Virus record (IMG/VR): IMGVR_UViG_3300038366_000033
Coordinates: 1-64,000 of that record
Length of the DNA stretch: 64,000 nt
From: a virus
Reading direction: 5' to 3' (one strand)
The translations under genes and the position numbers were made by a program. Below the pieces are notes generated by a model. That model had not been told where the DNA came from and ran no database searches. It saw only the letters and a list, made by a program, of their open reading frames with translations. Of this stretch, positions 38,504 to 49,237 are shown piece after piece. Each line of letters begins with the position of its first letter. Positions within the stretch are counted from its first letter, which is position 1.

Positions 38504-38767
38504 TTATTCCCTTTTTATTACGATCTGCAAATCGGTCACGTGTACTTCCTTGCCATCATCATTCTCGAACATAGCTGTCTCTGTAGAAATATCATCTACA
38601 ACCACGCTATCTTTCTCACGCCTGTTGATTTCGGCCAGGTCCAGTGCCTTCCCGTTGTTTTCCTGTCCACGGGAGAGAACATGTACCTCGTCATGGTCCT
38701 CAAGCTGTGTGTTCACAGCATCCTGATAGCGGCTTAGTCTCTTATCACCGATCATCACTTCTGTCAT
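38504..38767 (-). CDS. alba: Alba (Sac10b) family chromatin/RNA-binding protein
   Basis: VMIGDK..Y..V.VLSRG..KALDLAEI..DGK..V..LQIVIKR aligns with the Alba consensus. Confidence 0.75.
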   Translation of the reverse strand: MTEVMIGDKRLSRYQDAVNTQLEDHDEVHVLSRGQENNGKALDLAEINRREKDSVVVDDISTETAMFENDDGKEVHVTDLQIVIKRE

Positions 38768-38778
38768 TTGTATACCTC

Positions 38779-39072
38779 CTAGAGTTTGTCTTCCTTGTTG
38801 TGGTTTAACTTGTCTCTGCGTGTGATAGCCCATGACCCATCGTCAAGCTCGTAAGCTTCGATAGAGCCTTTGCCGGGCACACGGATATATTCAATATTGT
38901 TTTTCTTGGTTCCTGTATCATCATAGACCGTGGCACCGAGTCCTCCGCCCTCGCTTCTGTGGCTATCCTGTGCATAAATGTCTCTTGTAAGGCTGGCGGA
39001 GATTCCATCCGGGAACAGTTCGTCCAAGCTCTCAACTACTTCGTCACAGTTTTCACGCTTGTAATGTGTCAC
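38779..39072 (-). CDS. hypothetical protein
   Basis: Coupled to the protease gene. Confidence 0.55.
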   Translation of the reverse strand: MTHYKRENCDEVVESLDELFPDGISASLTRDIYAQDSHRSEGGGLGATVYDDTGTKKNNIEYIRVPGKGSIEAYELDDGSWAITRRDKLNHNKEDKL

Positions 39073-40001
39073 TTGTAAACACCTTCAGGGTTCAGTGACA
39101 GTCCTGTTTCTTCTAGTACGTTTTCGATCTTGTTTGCCACTGTTACCTCACTCGAACCCGCGAATAGCAATCCAACCAGTTCACCTGCTTCATTGACCAC
39201 GGCCGAACCTGAGTCGCCGCCTGCAGAGATGCTTTCGGTCAGTATCTGGTCCGTGAACTCTCGGGCCCCGTCGCCAAACCTCACGTTGATCCGGGCGTCA
39301 GTAGAAAGAACTTCACCTTTCTTCAATCCGGTAGTTCTTCCGAACTTCTTGACCTTATCACCTCTACTCACTTCTGCAGTCTCTGTCGGCACACCGACAC
39401 TCGGGATGTAACTGTTCGAGTCCCTTCCGTCAATAGTGTACCAAGATACATCTACAAGGTTGTCCTCTTCAACGATTTCAATATAATCATGAAGCTCACC
39501 TATCTTATCGCCGCCCCCATCATATGAGCCAGGCTGGATAATCTTGTCTCCGCGATTGGCTTTGTTTACATTGGCCCCGACATGGTTGTTGGTAACTCCG
39601 ACAGGTTCGGGATACTCGATTCCGTTTTTCTCCTTCTTCCTCCACGCGATGAATCCGGCAGTTCCCGCGGTTACATCTGGGTGACCGATTGATACTCCCT
39701 GTGGATTTGGTCGATATTCTTCCGTGGTATTGATTTCGCCAGTATCTTGTGGTTTTTGAGGTGTGATTTCCTCGATTCCGATTTCTCCCACTGGTTGAAC
39801 ATCGACTTTGACGCCTTCAACCTCCTTCGGAAGAACGTCATCTTCGTCGAGCTCTGACTCTGCCTTTTTCTCCTCTACGAAAGCCACTACGGCTTCTTCG
39901 TCGTTTTCATGCCTCTCTCCCCGTCCGTCCCCATGCCCAACTGCGGTGACTAAGGGGTATGCAAGAAGCTCCTTCTTAACTGATTCTGAAACTCTGGTCA
40001 T
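39069..40001 (-). CDS. trypsin-like serine protease with N-terminal prodomain
   Basis: TNNHV, VDVS and GDSGS triad; K.GRTTG. Confidence 0.85.
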   Translation of the reverse strand: MTRVSESVKKELLAYPLVTAVGHGDGRGERHENDEEAVVAFVEEKKAESELDEDDVLPKEVEGVKVDVQPVGEIGIEEITPQKPQDTGEINTTEEYRPNPQGVSIGHPDVTAGTAGFIAWRKKEKNGIEYPEPVGVTNNHVGANVNKANRGDKIIQPGSYDGGGDKIGELHDYIEIVEEDNLVDVSWYTIDGRDSNSYIPSVGVPTETAEVSRGDKVKKFGRTTGLKKGEVLSTDARINVRFGDGAREFTDQILTESISAGGDSGSAVVNEAGELVGLLFAGSSEVTVANKIENVLEETGLSLNPEGVYK

Positions 40002-40234
40002 AGTACTTTGTTTTCCTCGATATCTGATAAAATAGATTTGTATTCTTCAATAGTTCTCCTGAGATCCTCGTTATTCTTGCGGACCGAGTTGACTTCGTCG
40101 GCCAGATCTTCATTTCTACTGACAAGTTTGTCGACTTTCTCCTCAAGACCTTTGACCTTAGTCGTCAATCTGTTGTTTTTCCGTCTGAGCTTGGAACAGA
40201 AGAAACGCTGTAGATAATCATACAGGCTCATCAT
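39998..40234 (-). CDS. coiled-coil protein
   Basis: Heptad pattern. Confidence 0.6.
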   Translation of the reverse strand: MMSLYDYLQRFFCSKLRRKNNRLTTKVKGLEEKVDKLVSRNEDLADEVNSVRKNNEDLRRTIEEYKSILSDIEENKVL

Positions 40235-40722
40235 TCTACACCTATCGCGTCTTTGACAACTTCGTCAACACTTTTCTCCATTTCAAGAAGTCTTTCGTAT
40301 TCATCGACAAACTGGTCGATGTTCAGTCCTTCCTCTCTGGATAGATAGCCTTCCGCCATATTCTCTTTCAGGTATGTGCGGATGCTCTCCGGTTCATCAA
40401 GTTTTACATCCATACTGCCAGATTGATTATTCTCCTCCTTAAAAGTTTCTGAGCCATACCTTTTATTCTCAAAATGGCTTCCATGTATCTTAGCTTCTTC
40501 AGTTGAGATATTCTGTATTTGAGTTCTTTCCTCTCTTTTCTTCTTCTCCTCGTATTTCTGTTTAAGCTTCTTCACAAACCTCGGGTCTCCCGAATCAGGC
40601 TCATTAAAGAAACCCATGTTTTTTGGAAAAGTGTGTGCGATAGCCTCTCCATTAACAAGTGCCTCTACGCTGACTCCTTTTCCGCTGTCGGCTGTATGCC
40701 TTATCTTCACATCATAACTCAT
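40231..40722 (-). CDS. hypothetical protein
   Basis: 163 aa ORF. Confidence 0.65.
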   Translation of the reverse strand: MSYDVKIRHTADSGKGVSVEALVNGEAIAHTFPKNMGFFNEPDSGDPRFVKKLKQKYEEKKKREERTQIQNISTEEAKIHGSHFENKRYGSETFKEENNQSGSMDVKLDEPESIRTYLKENMAEGYLSREEGLNIDQFVDEYERLLEMEKSVDEVVKDAIGVE

Positions 40723-40884
40723 TTAGTTCAACACCATGATTTTCTACTAGGTCAATCTTCCATTCTTGAATATATTTCACACCATCGTCACTCAGAAAGG
40801 GTTGTTCATCAAACCAGTCAGAGCTGTAGTTTAACTTTTCCGATTCCAGCTCCACAGTGACACTGTTGTCAGTTTTCTCTATAT

Positions 40885-43800
40885 TCATTTTGAATCCTTC
40901 TTATGTTCTATTGATACTTTTGCTTTTGTCTGCGTAGGTTGGTCTGGCTGAAGTTGAAGCTGGTATGGACCCACATCGTTTACCAGTCTTAGCTCTACTT
41001 CGCCACCTGAACCCCCCGAAACGTTTTCATTTACACTGATAGTAGTCTCGTTTGCAGCTGAGTCGAAAGATGTTCCTGACACTGTGAAGTCGCCATCATC
41101 GCTGCTTGTTCCTGAAACTCTCAACGTGTCGCCCGATTTTAGGAAAGATGTTTTATCACCAGAGATAACGAACTGGTTAGGTGATGATGACAGTATGTCA
41201 AATGTGCGATTAATCTTTTTGCCTTGGTCGCTGTTCCTCCCAGAGTTATTTTGTCCAGGATATAGCAGACCGGTGATGTCTCTTGAAGTGTTAGTCGAAT
41301 TGTCTTGAGGTTCTGTATCGAGAAAGATATCGTAGTTGTTGGCTACCGCGTTAGCGTCGGCGATAAGACCTGTACTGACATTTGTAGCAACATCTTCTAT
41401 ACTACCGTTTCTTTTGTCTACAGTGGTCTTTGTCTGTTCCTCTTTAGCCGATGAGAAACGTGAGTTTGTTGCTGTTGCTGCGAGATTCACTCCATCATTG
41501 CCAGAGACATCTCTGACTTCGAAAGGTTTCTCATCCGATGCCGCATCAATCTGTACGAAAAGTTCGTCGTCCTGATAACTGTTGGAGGTCACGGCTGTTC
41601 CGTTGTTGGCGGTTATGGTCTCCTGTCGTGAGAGATTGCCGTCCTCATCTTCGTTTGCTACAGTTATAGAAACATCGTTAGCGTTTTCTGTCGTATCAAG
41701 GACTATACTTTCATTGTTCGAACTGAAGTCAAGAAGTACGTCACCTTCATCATTTACCGCTGTTTCAAAGGATATCTCCTTGTTTTCAGCACCTGCACCT
41801 ACATCAGTCAAAGTGTTGCTGAAGTCAGCACGTCTTGGAACGTCGTGAGTGTGGTTCAACTGCTTCACCTTCACATCGCCTTGAAGCGAATCAATCTTTC
41901 TAACCGCGTTATCAAGTATTGTAACATAAACTTCATATCTACTTGAGATATCCTGATACGGTATAAATGTCTGCTCTCTCAGATAGAAGTCGTTTGTAGG
42001 CGCTCTCTGTTCTCCGACATTAGGCACTGAAACGGACTTGACTGTATCACCGCTGACTGTCTGTGTCGTGACTCCTTGTGAGCCTCCGACACCTCTTTGT
42101 GAGCTTGTTCTTACTGTTTCACCGTCAACTCCAAAACCGACAACCTGCTGCTCTACGTTAGACAGACCTCTCTCATCGTATACTTCTAAGGTGACGTCGT
42201 AAACGTTTTCCTGTGTGTATGTATGAGTAATGTCGCCGCTTTTGTTATCTGGCTGAGGAACATCAGCGACATATATTAAACCTTGCGCTTCTTCAGTTAA
42301 ACCGAGTATATTATTTCTTGAGTCTTTTGAGGAGAAAGCAACTATACCTTCACCGTTAGAGCCTGTACTTCTTATCTCTTCTACATTTACACCGTCGTTC
42401 GGTCCAACCTTATCACCTTCGTTTGCGACCTGAGTGGTTCCATCTACAGTTATTGTTGCCTCGTCACCGTCAGCCTGAACAAAGGTTGTACCTAAAGTCA
42501 ACTCGTTACCATTTACAGTAACTGTAGTGGTGTTACCTGTTTCCGTCACTGCGAAGTTTGATATATTTATTTCATGAGAGTTAAGTTTTATCTCCTCTAA
42601 CTTGACAGCATCACCGACACCACCGCTGTTAGTTGCTTCGAAAAGGTCAAGAATATCGCCCTCCTGTATCTGACTCTCAGAGCCTTCATACTCTACCCTG
42701 ACTGCAGCGTCCTTAATGAATTTTGTAGTGCCGTCTCCAAGGTTCCACTCCCAAGCGATTATTGTATTATCTCCCTCCGGGTCTGTTGAGTTATCTATAA
42801 AATCTATAGGATTACCGACTGATGGTTCGGGAGGGTCAAGGGCGAATTTAGCATCTGGAGCATCGTTTTCTTCAACAGTGAAATTTATACTATCTGTAGC
42901 AAGTGCTGTATTATTTATTTCGTCGTTGTCATCGTTATACTCTGCCTCAATCTCAAGTGTGTGCGTTCCTGTAGACAATCCCGTAATCAGGATGTCTCTC
43001 TTCTGATACAGCTCAAAATAAACGCCTTTTACGTCAAAGTCTGTATTGTTACTAATCTTTGATATATGTGCTTTGTCTCCGCCTCCTAAGTCAATCACAT
43101 CAAATCGCTGTACGGTTTCTAGGTTGCTACCAACTATTACATCAGCTTTTTTGGTTCCGTTGGATTCGAAAACATTAACAACTTCTAGGCTTATTGTTCC
43201 CTCACCATAATCCCAAGAAGTGTTTTCGTTCTCAGTTAAGTGTTTACTGCTGCCCGATGAAACAAAAGATCGAGACTTGGGGTCAATAGGTTTTACTCTT
43301 GAAGATGATATAACATTCCCATCAAGAATAAGTTTGAAATCTGAGAGCGCCTCCCCTGCAATGTATTCGAACTTGACAGGGAGAGACGTATCATTGACTG
43401 TTTTAGATGTGTTAGGCTGGCTTATGAACGCTTCTTCCAGCGTAACGAATAGAGGTCCGAATTTTTTCCGCGATAGGAAGTTTTCTGTATTTAATTCGGT
43501 GAACTCTATAATGTAATTATAAGTTCCAGCGCCTTCTATGGCGAAATCAGGGTTGTCGAATAGTTCCACTTGTTCAGGAAAGTCGTATTGCTCGAAGTTA
43601 GGTTCGAAGAAATCGTTGATGTCATCATCAATAAGATTAAAAACGCCGAAGAAATCATTCTGCCCATCAAAGAATCTGTCTGGAAAAACTAAATCTACAT
43701 CTATCTCACCGCTTCTCTCGGAGTCTATAGAGCCATCAAAAGGTATGAATGTCTGACCTCCTTTTGGCATTGAGAACGTTGTATTGTTGTCAGGAGAACC

Positions 43801-46281
43801 TTTCGCAAGAGTGGTGTCATTAGCCTCGAACAGGGTTTCTTGAGCAGAAATATCTGTTTTCTTAACGTTCTGTTCGTGAATAGTCTGTGCGTTCAGCGGT
43901 GGTGCTACTTTAATATCGAGACCTACGCTGTCAAGATTATTCCCGGAGCTGTCAAGGATAACCATGCCTACTGTTACCTCTCCTTCGAACTGTGCTGTAT
44001 TGTTTGTCTGGTCTTCTTGAATATCATCCAAGGTTAGAGTAGTCTCAAAGTTTGCAGAGTCAAAGGAGACGTTCTGTATGATGAATGTTTTAGCTGCCTC
44101 AGGTATGAAAAGTTTGTTGCCTGCAGATGTCTGGTCATCTATCTTGTTAGCTATCAGTATCTGGTTATTTGCCACATCTGTGCTGGCGATATTCTCTTCA
44201 TTAAACGTGTGTTCAATCTGTGCGCCACCGTCATCTCTTGTTGAGCCGTCAACGCTTCTTCCGTTCGGAAGAGCCCAGTCAAAGCTGGCTGTGAAGTCTC
44301 TGGTAGAGTTTTCTGTCAGTGTTGCAGTCTGACCTGCAGGCGGGTTAAGAGGATTGATGGTAAAGTTTGCTACAATGTCTTTTGCCACGAAAGCAATCAA
44401 AAGATCTCTTGTCGGAGTGCCATTAGCATCTGTTATTTCAGTTACTTCAAACTGGAAGCTGTGAGAAATATCCAGCTCAGGTCTGTCAGTGGTTACTGTA
44501 CCTACCGATTTCCAGCTGGAAGAATTAACAGATACATCAAACGGACCATTATCTAATGAAACAGATTTCTGCCTTATTGAGCCGGCTGTTGCCGTAGCGC
44601 TGCCAACAGGGTGTGTATGCTCTTCTATGTTTGATTTTTCCATCGTCACGCCGCTCGGTGGAATACTTGTTCCGACCACTTTTGTGCCAGGGTTGAAGTT
44701 ACTCACTTCTGTGGTTTCAGCTTCAGCGGACGCCTTGAACGCTGCCGAATCATAGCTCAGGTTTACATCAGTTATCCTGTTTTTGCCTGTGACGTCTTTA
44801 ACCCCGTCAGGAACCTCAAAGTCAAGTTTCAAAGGCTCTGGCTCTGTTGCATTACCGTTTTCTTTCTCGGTCTGTGTGTTTCTGCTGCCTTGCCCGAAAT
44901 CTGTCTGACTCTTCGTAGTATCGGATAGGTTGCTGAAGTCATCGTAGAATGAGGCAGGTTTGTTACTGAGATGTACCGTAGACTCCGCCTCGTTCTGGTC
45001 AAATCTTATCTTCAGACGAGTCTTAACAACCCGGAAAATCCCTTTGACCTTTGCATCTTTATCCACTACCTTGAAGACGCTGCCAAGACCGTAAAGCTTG
45101 TAGCTGTCAGAAGGAGTAACCTCTACGTCTCTGTATGCAATGCTTCTTTCTGCAAGTATTCTGAGAACTGTTTTTTCGGCCTCTTCTTGGGATACAATTG
45201 TTTTATCCGTAAATATCTTTGTCTTTTCATCGCCTACAGCATCAACCGTGTAAACCATGGTTCCGCTGCTGCCGCCTAAACTAAATGCACCGCCTGTGTT
45301 TTTTTCTACGTTACCGGTGACAGATACCGTGGTCTCATTGTTATTACTGTCGAAAGAGGTGGATGCCACTGTAAATTCATCTTTCTCTGATTTGCCGCCT
45401 CCCAGCAGACCGGACTTCTTTCGTATCTTGATAATGTCGCCCGAGTTTATGACTCCGGTCTTATCCTCTTTTACCGTAAATGTGTCGTTCTGTTTGTCAG
45501 AGGCGACTATCTCTGCACGTTCAGCGGATGCTGTAATCTGGTCGTCACCGTCACCACTGCCACGTACAACTGCTGCCTTGAAATCTCCCTTGTTTTTATT
45601 GGTGTTCTGTTTTATTTCTCTGGCGTTTGGGTTCGGTCCCTCCGTCGTAAAAGTGTCTATAGGTGAACCATCGCCGGCTGTATTTGTTAGAGTGGTTTCT
45701 ATGTTGAGAACAGGATTGTTTGAGTCGTCAAAGGTCACATACCACTCTAATCCGTATTCACTTGTCAGTCTGTTCAGGTCTTTGATAGCCGTCTCCTTAA
45801 CACGGAACTCATCTACATTAATCGTTGTAGGCAGCTCAAATGAAGTCGAGAATGTTTTGCCAGTCGACTGAACAGTATATCCGTCTACTAGAAAGTTAAT
45901 TATCTCTGTTGCTGTGGCATTGTCTTTAGGCTTGAAAACCTTGTCATTTTTGCCTTGAAGCTCTTTACTGTATCCTGCGACCTGTAGAAGTGACTCGCTC
46001 CCGGTCTTGTTTTCAGCTTGTTGGACGACACCTCTGAACATCTCGAAGCCCTCTTTCTCTAGGACCAGTTCTTTACCCTGTACCAAGTCTGCGTTGAACC
46101 TCTGGGCGCCGGATAGTTTGACGTTGACCTTAGATGGCTGGTTGATTGCAAATTCAGTCTCGAAGTAGTCAATGTTGCCCTTGAGATCCGTCGGACCCAG
46201 TTTTACGTTCCATTCTGTGTCAGGGCTTGAAAATTTCTCTGCAGCTTCTAGGAAGTCTTTTCGTCTCTGTGGTATATTCAT
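40885..46281 (-). CDS. large tail tip/baseplate hub protein with PKD-like domains
   Basis: Two genes downstream of the tape measure gene; hub-like N-terminus; PDAKF..DPEG..WEWNLGDG..HTY..VTL. Confidence 0.8.
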   Translation of the reverse strand: MNIPQRRKDFLEAAEKFSSPDTEWNVKLGPTDLKGNIDYFETEFAINQPSKVNVKLSGAQRFNADLVQGKELVLEKEGFEMFRGVVQQAENKTGSESLLQVAGYSKELQGKNDKVFKPKDNATATEIINFLVDGYTVQSTGKTFSTSFELPTTINVDEFRVKETAIKDLNRLTSEYGLEWYVTFDDSNNPVLNIETTLTNTAGDGSPIDTFTTEGPNPNAREIKQNTNKNKGDFKAAVVRGSGDGDDQITASAERAEIVASDKQNDTFTVKEDKTGVINSGDIIKIRKKSGLLGGGKSEKDEFTVASTSFDSNNNETTVSVTGNVEKNTGGAFSLGGSSGTMVYTVDAVGDEKTKIFTDKTIVSQEEAEKTVLRILAERSIAYRDVEVTPSDSYKLYGLGSVFKVVDKDAKVKGIFRVVKTRLKIRFDQNEAESTVHLSNKPASFYDDFSNLSDTTKSQTDFGQGSRNTQTEKENGNATEPEPLKLDFEVPDGVKDVTGKNRITDVNLSYDSAAFKASAEAETTEVSNFNPGTKVVGTSIPPSGVTMEKSNIEEHTHPVGSATATAGSIRQKSVSLDNGPFDVSVNSSSWKSVGTVTTDRPELDISHSFQFEVTEITDANGTPTRDLLIAFVAKDIVANFTINPLNPPAGQTATLTENSTRDFTASFDWALPNGRSVDGSTRDDGGAQIEHTFNEENIASTDVANNQILIANKIDDQTSAGNKLFIPEAAKTFIIQNVSFDSANFETTLTLDDIQEDQTNNTAQFEGEVTVGMVILDSSGNNLDSVGLDIKVAPPLNAQTIHEQNVKKTDISAQETLFEANDTTLAKGSPDNNTTFSMPKGGQTFIPFDGSIDSERSGEIDVDLVFPDRFFDGQNDFFGVFNLIDDDINDFFEPNFEQYDFPEQVELFDNPDFAIEGAGTYNYIIEFTELNTENFLSRKKFGPLFVTLEEAFISQPNTSKTVNDTSLPVKFEYIAGEALSDFKLILDGNVISSSRVKPIDPKSRSFVSSGSSKHLTENENTSWDYGEGTISLEVVNVFESNGTKKADVIVGSNLETVQRFDVIDLGGGDKAHISKISNNTDFDVKGVYFELYQKRDILITGLSTGTHTLEIEAEYNDDNDEINNTALATDSINFTVEENDAPDAKFALDPPEPSVGNPIDFIDNSTDPEGDNTIIAWEWNLGDGTTKFIKDAAVRVEYEGSESQIQEGDILDLFEATNSGGVGDAVKLEEIKLNSHEINISNFAVTETGNTTTVTVNGNELTLGTTFVQADGDEATITVDGTTQVANEGDKVGPNDGVNVEEIRSTGSNGEGIVAFSSKDSRNNILGLTEEAQGLIYVADVPQPDNKSGDITHTYTQENVYDVTLEVYDERGLSNVEQQVVGFGVDGETVRTSSQRGVGGSQGVTTQTVSGDTVKSVSVPNVGEQRAPTNDFYLREQTFIPYQDISSRYEVYVTILDNAVRKIDSLQGDVKVKQLNHTHDVPRRADFSNTLTDVGAGAENKEISFETAVNDEGDVLLDFSSNNESIVLDTTENANDVSITVANEDEDGNLSRQETITANNGTAVTSNSYQDDELFVQIDAASDEKPFEVRDVSGNDGVNLAATATNSRFSSAKEEQTKTTVDKRNGSIEDVATNVSTGLIADANAVANNYDIFLDTEPQDNSTNTSRDITGLLYPGQNNSGRNSDQGKKINRTFDILSSSPNQFVISGDKTSFLKSGDTLRVSGTSSDDGDFTVSGTSFDSAANETTISVNENVSGGSGGEVELRLVNDVGPYQLQLQPDQPTQTKAKVSIEHKKDSK

Positions 46282-47174
46282 GTGTCTGTTCCTCCTTTAC
46301 GTAGTTCTAGTTCAATCTTGAAAATGTCTGGATTCTCTGATTCTGAAACAATATTGACACTTTTAGGCGTTACGAGGTATTCTCTTGCACTCTTCTCATC
46401 TGACGGCGCAGTAACGGATTTCTTATCAAGCCGCATGACCGCAGGATTGCCTAACTGTGCCATTCTTCTTATGAGTGAGGCGATGTTCTGTGCTGTAACT
46501 TCAAAGTCGTACTTGACTGTGATATCTTCGTTAATTATTGTCCTGTCGCCTAGGTCTACGAAGCCAAAAGGTCCCTTCACCTGTTCCTCGGTTTTACTTA
46601 ACTGATCTTGCAAGATAGTTATCTGTCCTCTGTCGTAGTCTAGTTTGTAGTCGTCACCCCTGTCTAGCGAACCTTTATCAGTCCCTTCGACAGTCTCTGA
46701 GTCAAAAATTATACCTGTATCCCCAAGTGGCTGTGCCTCACCGAAACCGCCGACTTTGATTGTATCTGTAGTAATTGTTGCTGTTCCGTCACCGTTTCTC
46801 AAGTGGCTGCTATTTGTGGGGTCTGCCGGGCTTCTGAAAGGTGGAAGGCTGTGTATAATCTTACCACCGGGTCTAGAGTCATCTTGGTCGCCTCTGGCAT
46901 AGACGTAAGCAGATATCTCAAAAGTATGTTTTGCCTTCATGGTGTCGACAACCAATGTCTTATCTCCCTTGAAGTGCTGGTCAGGTCCTTTGTTTATGCT
47001 CTGAAACTGCGGTTCCTTCTTGAACACTTCTTTGATGCTCTCCGAGTAAAGTTTGACTTCAAAACCATCAGCCACAGAAGGAGTGTTTCTCTCTGCCTCG
47101 TTAGGAAGTGGTTGATACTGAAGTGTTAATGTCCTTTCTGGAATACCGCCGTCAGTCACGTTTACATTTGCCAT
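46278..47174 (-). CDS. distal tail-like protein
   Basis: Directly after the tape measure gene. Confidence 0.55.
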   Translation of the reverse strand: MANVNVTDGGIPERTLTLQYQPLPNEAERNTPSVADGFEVKLYSESIKEVFKKEPQFQSINKGPDQHFKGDKTLVVDTMKAKHTFEISAYVYARGDQDDSRPGGKIIHSLPPFRSPADPTNSSHLRNGDGTATITTDTIKVGGFGEAQPLGDTGIIFDSETVEGTDKGSLDRGDDYKLDYDRGQITILQDQLSKTEEQVKGPFGFVDLGDRTIINEDITVKYDFEVTAQNIASLIRRMAQLGNPAVMRLDKKSVTAPSDEKSAREYLVTPKSVNIVSESENPDIFKIELELRKGGTDT

Positions 47175-47178
47175 AGTA

Positions 47179-49233
47179 TTAGTTGAAGAATCTGTTCCGT
47201 CTGTTTGTCTCGTTACCTATTGCTTGGCCGACTTGTCTACCTGTTTCACCAGCGGTCTCTTCGCTGTTATTAACTTCGGCTTGGACGTTTATATTATTTT
47301 GCTGGACGTTGTTGTTTCCGCCCGATCCTCCGTTTCCTCCTCCGGGAATACCGCCAACAGTGTTCGAAACACCAGAGATAAGGTTACTTCCTGCTTTGGC
47401 TATACCGCTTCCGATATTCTTCACGGCTGATCCTGCACCGATCAGGGCATCGACGACAAAGTCAGGTAGTATTCCTTTGAACGCCTCGAAGATTGATGAG
47501 CCTACACTGGTCAAACCGTTGACGATTGTAGCGACAATGGACTGCCCTATGCCGGCAATCTTGCCAGGTATGCTCATAATGAACGAGACGATGTTTGCTA
47601 CCATGTCAGGTATTATTGAGTTACCCACGATAGCCTTAGCCAACTTCCCGAAGAAACCGACCACACCTTTGAATATTTGCTTTCCTATGTTGAGAAGCCC
47701 TTTGAGCAAGCCCATGAAAATACTGACTCCTTTACTGACAATAGATGATACTATACTGATTATCTTATCACGGAATACGAATATGATACCTAACAAAGCA
47801 CCGATGGCCGCTCCTGCAAGAGCTAACGGTAGTAGCACACCACTCGCTATGACTGCGCCGATGCCAGCTATGACAGCGATTATTGTTCCAGCCACGGCAG
47901 CAACTTTCTTGCCGAAGCGTGCGGCAATAGAAGTCACGAGCTTGAATCCTACCGCTATACCACCTATCAATGATCCAATCATTGAAAGAACTCCCAAAAC
48001 GCCTGTCTGAAGAATGCCAGCTAACAAGGTCAGGAATGATGACAGCGCACCGCCGACCGTGGTCAAAACAGAAATAATTGTAACTATGGGTGAAGCAAGA
48101 ATAGTTAACAACGAACCGAAGGCAGCCACTGCGGCAGCGGCCAGCAAGAAGTTTCCGATAGATTCACGAACACTCTCATCAAGACCCATGATGAACTCTT
48201 GGAAGTCAAGCACAATATCTAAGACGTTCAACGCCGAAGGCAGGAAGAAAAACCGCAAAGTGTTTCCAAGAACCTCAAAGACTCCTACTGCGCCCAAGGC
48301 CCCAGCCGCAAGCCCTCCAAACACAAATGCAAGAGTTAGTAATGTGAACTGCAGACCAAGTAAACGCATCTGCAACTTTTGAGCTGACGGTGCGGCCCGG
48401 CCGAGTTCCCTCGTAAGTGCGCCCGTCATACGTGCTGTGTTGGACATCCCTCTGCCAGCACGACCTAGAGAACCCCCTAGTTTCTTCGTGAGCCCTGCCA
48501 TAGATTGTGTAGCTGGTGCAGCTCTATCGAGAGCCGTCCTGAAAACCGGTATAGAACGGGCAAGTCTCTGGAATTTCATGTTGGCGGTCTCAAGCCTAGA
48601 TCTGTCAAGGTTCTCAACAGTCTGTACATTTATTCCTTGAGAGGCTGAGGAAACTTCATCAAGACCTGTGGTCACATCAGAAATGCTGCGCACTGCCTCT
48701 TGTGCCCCAGCGCTTAACTCTGATAGAGGAGTCCCTTCTACTAGCTTTGCCGTATCGAAGCTGTTTGAGAGACCATCGTTGAGAGTATTTAGGTTTCTTG
48801 GTTCAGGAGTGAGATTATCTGAGACGGTTGGAGATGGTATTTCGAACCTGCTTGGATCGAAGTCATCCTTTAGCATGTCCGCCGGACTTCTCATCTCGCC
48901 GAAGCTGATATTTATAGGTGTACCGTTTCTCAAACGCCTCAGGGCGGCGGCAGTTTGTGCAAGCACCTCTTGCTTATCCTTGAACTTACCGTCCGCACCC
49001 CTAACTTTGCTGCCTCCTTCTTCAAAAGATACATCTAAATTAGCCTCAGCTAGGGCGTTGTCTAACTTATTGACGCTTGCACGTAGCTGATTGAACTCCT
49101 GAACCTGTCTGAGGAACCCCATACTGCCCGCCATCTGGGCTTCAGTCTTACCTAACTCTTTTCGGAGTCTCTTGAAGCCGTCCGAATCAAGACGGGTCTG
49201 GATGTCTATGTTGAGCTCTTCTCGAAATGCCAT
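47179..49233 (-). CDS. tail tape measure protein
   Basis: Ala/Gly-rich amphipathic repeats and hydrophobic segments; synteny. Confidence 0.85.
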   Translation of the reverse strand: MAFREELNIDIQTRLDSDGFKRLRKELGKTEAQMAGSMGFLRQVQEFNQLRASVNKLDNALAEANLDVSFEEGGSKVRGADGKFKDKQEVLAQTAAALRRLRNGTPINISFGEMRSPADMLKDDFDPSRFEIPSPTVSDNLTPEPRNLNTLNDGLSNSFDTAKLVEGTPLSELSAGAQEAVRSISDVTTGLDEVSSASQGINVQTVENLDRSRLETANMKFQRLARSIPVFRTALDRAAPATQSMAGLTKKLGGSLGRAGRGMSNTARMTGALTRELGRAAPSAQKLQMRLLGLQFTLLTLAFVFGGLAAGALGAVGVFEVLGNTLRFFFLPSALNVLDIVLDFQEFIMGLDESVRESIGNFLLAAAAVAAFGSLLTILASPIVTIISVLTTVGGALSSFLTLLAGILQTGVLGVLSMIGSLIGGIAVGFKLVTSIAARFGKKVAAVAGTIIAVIAGIGAVIASGVLLPLALAGAAIGALLGIIFVFRDKIISIVSSIVSKGVSIFMGLLKGLLNIGKQIFKGVVGFFGKLAKAIVGNSIIPDMVANIVSFIMSIPGKIAGIGQSIVATIVNGLTSVGSSIFEAFKGILPDFVVDALIGAGSAVKNIGSGIAKAGSNLISGVSNTVGGIPGGGNGGSGGNNNVQQNNINVQAEVNNSEETAGETGRQVGQAIGNETNRRNRFFN

Positions 49234-49237
49234 TCTT

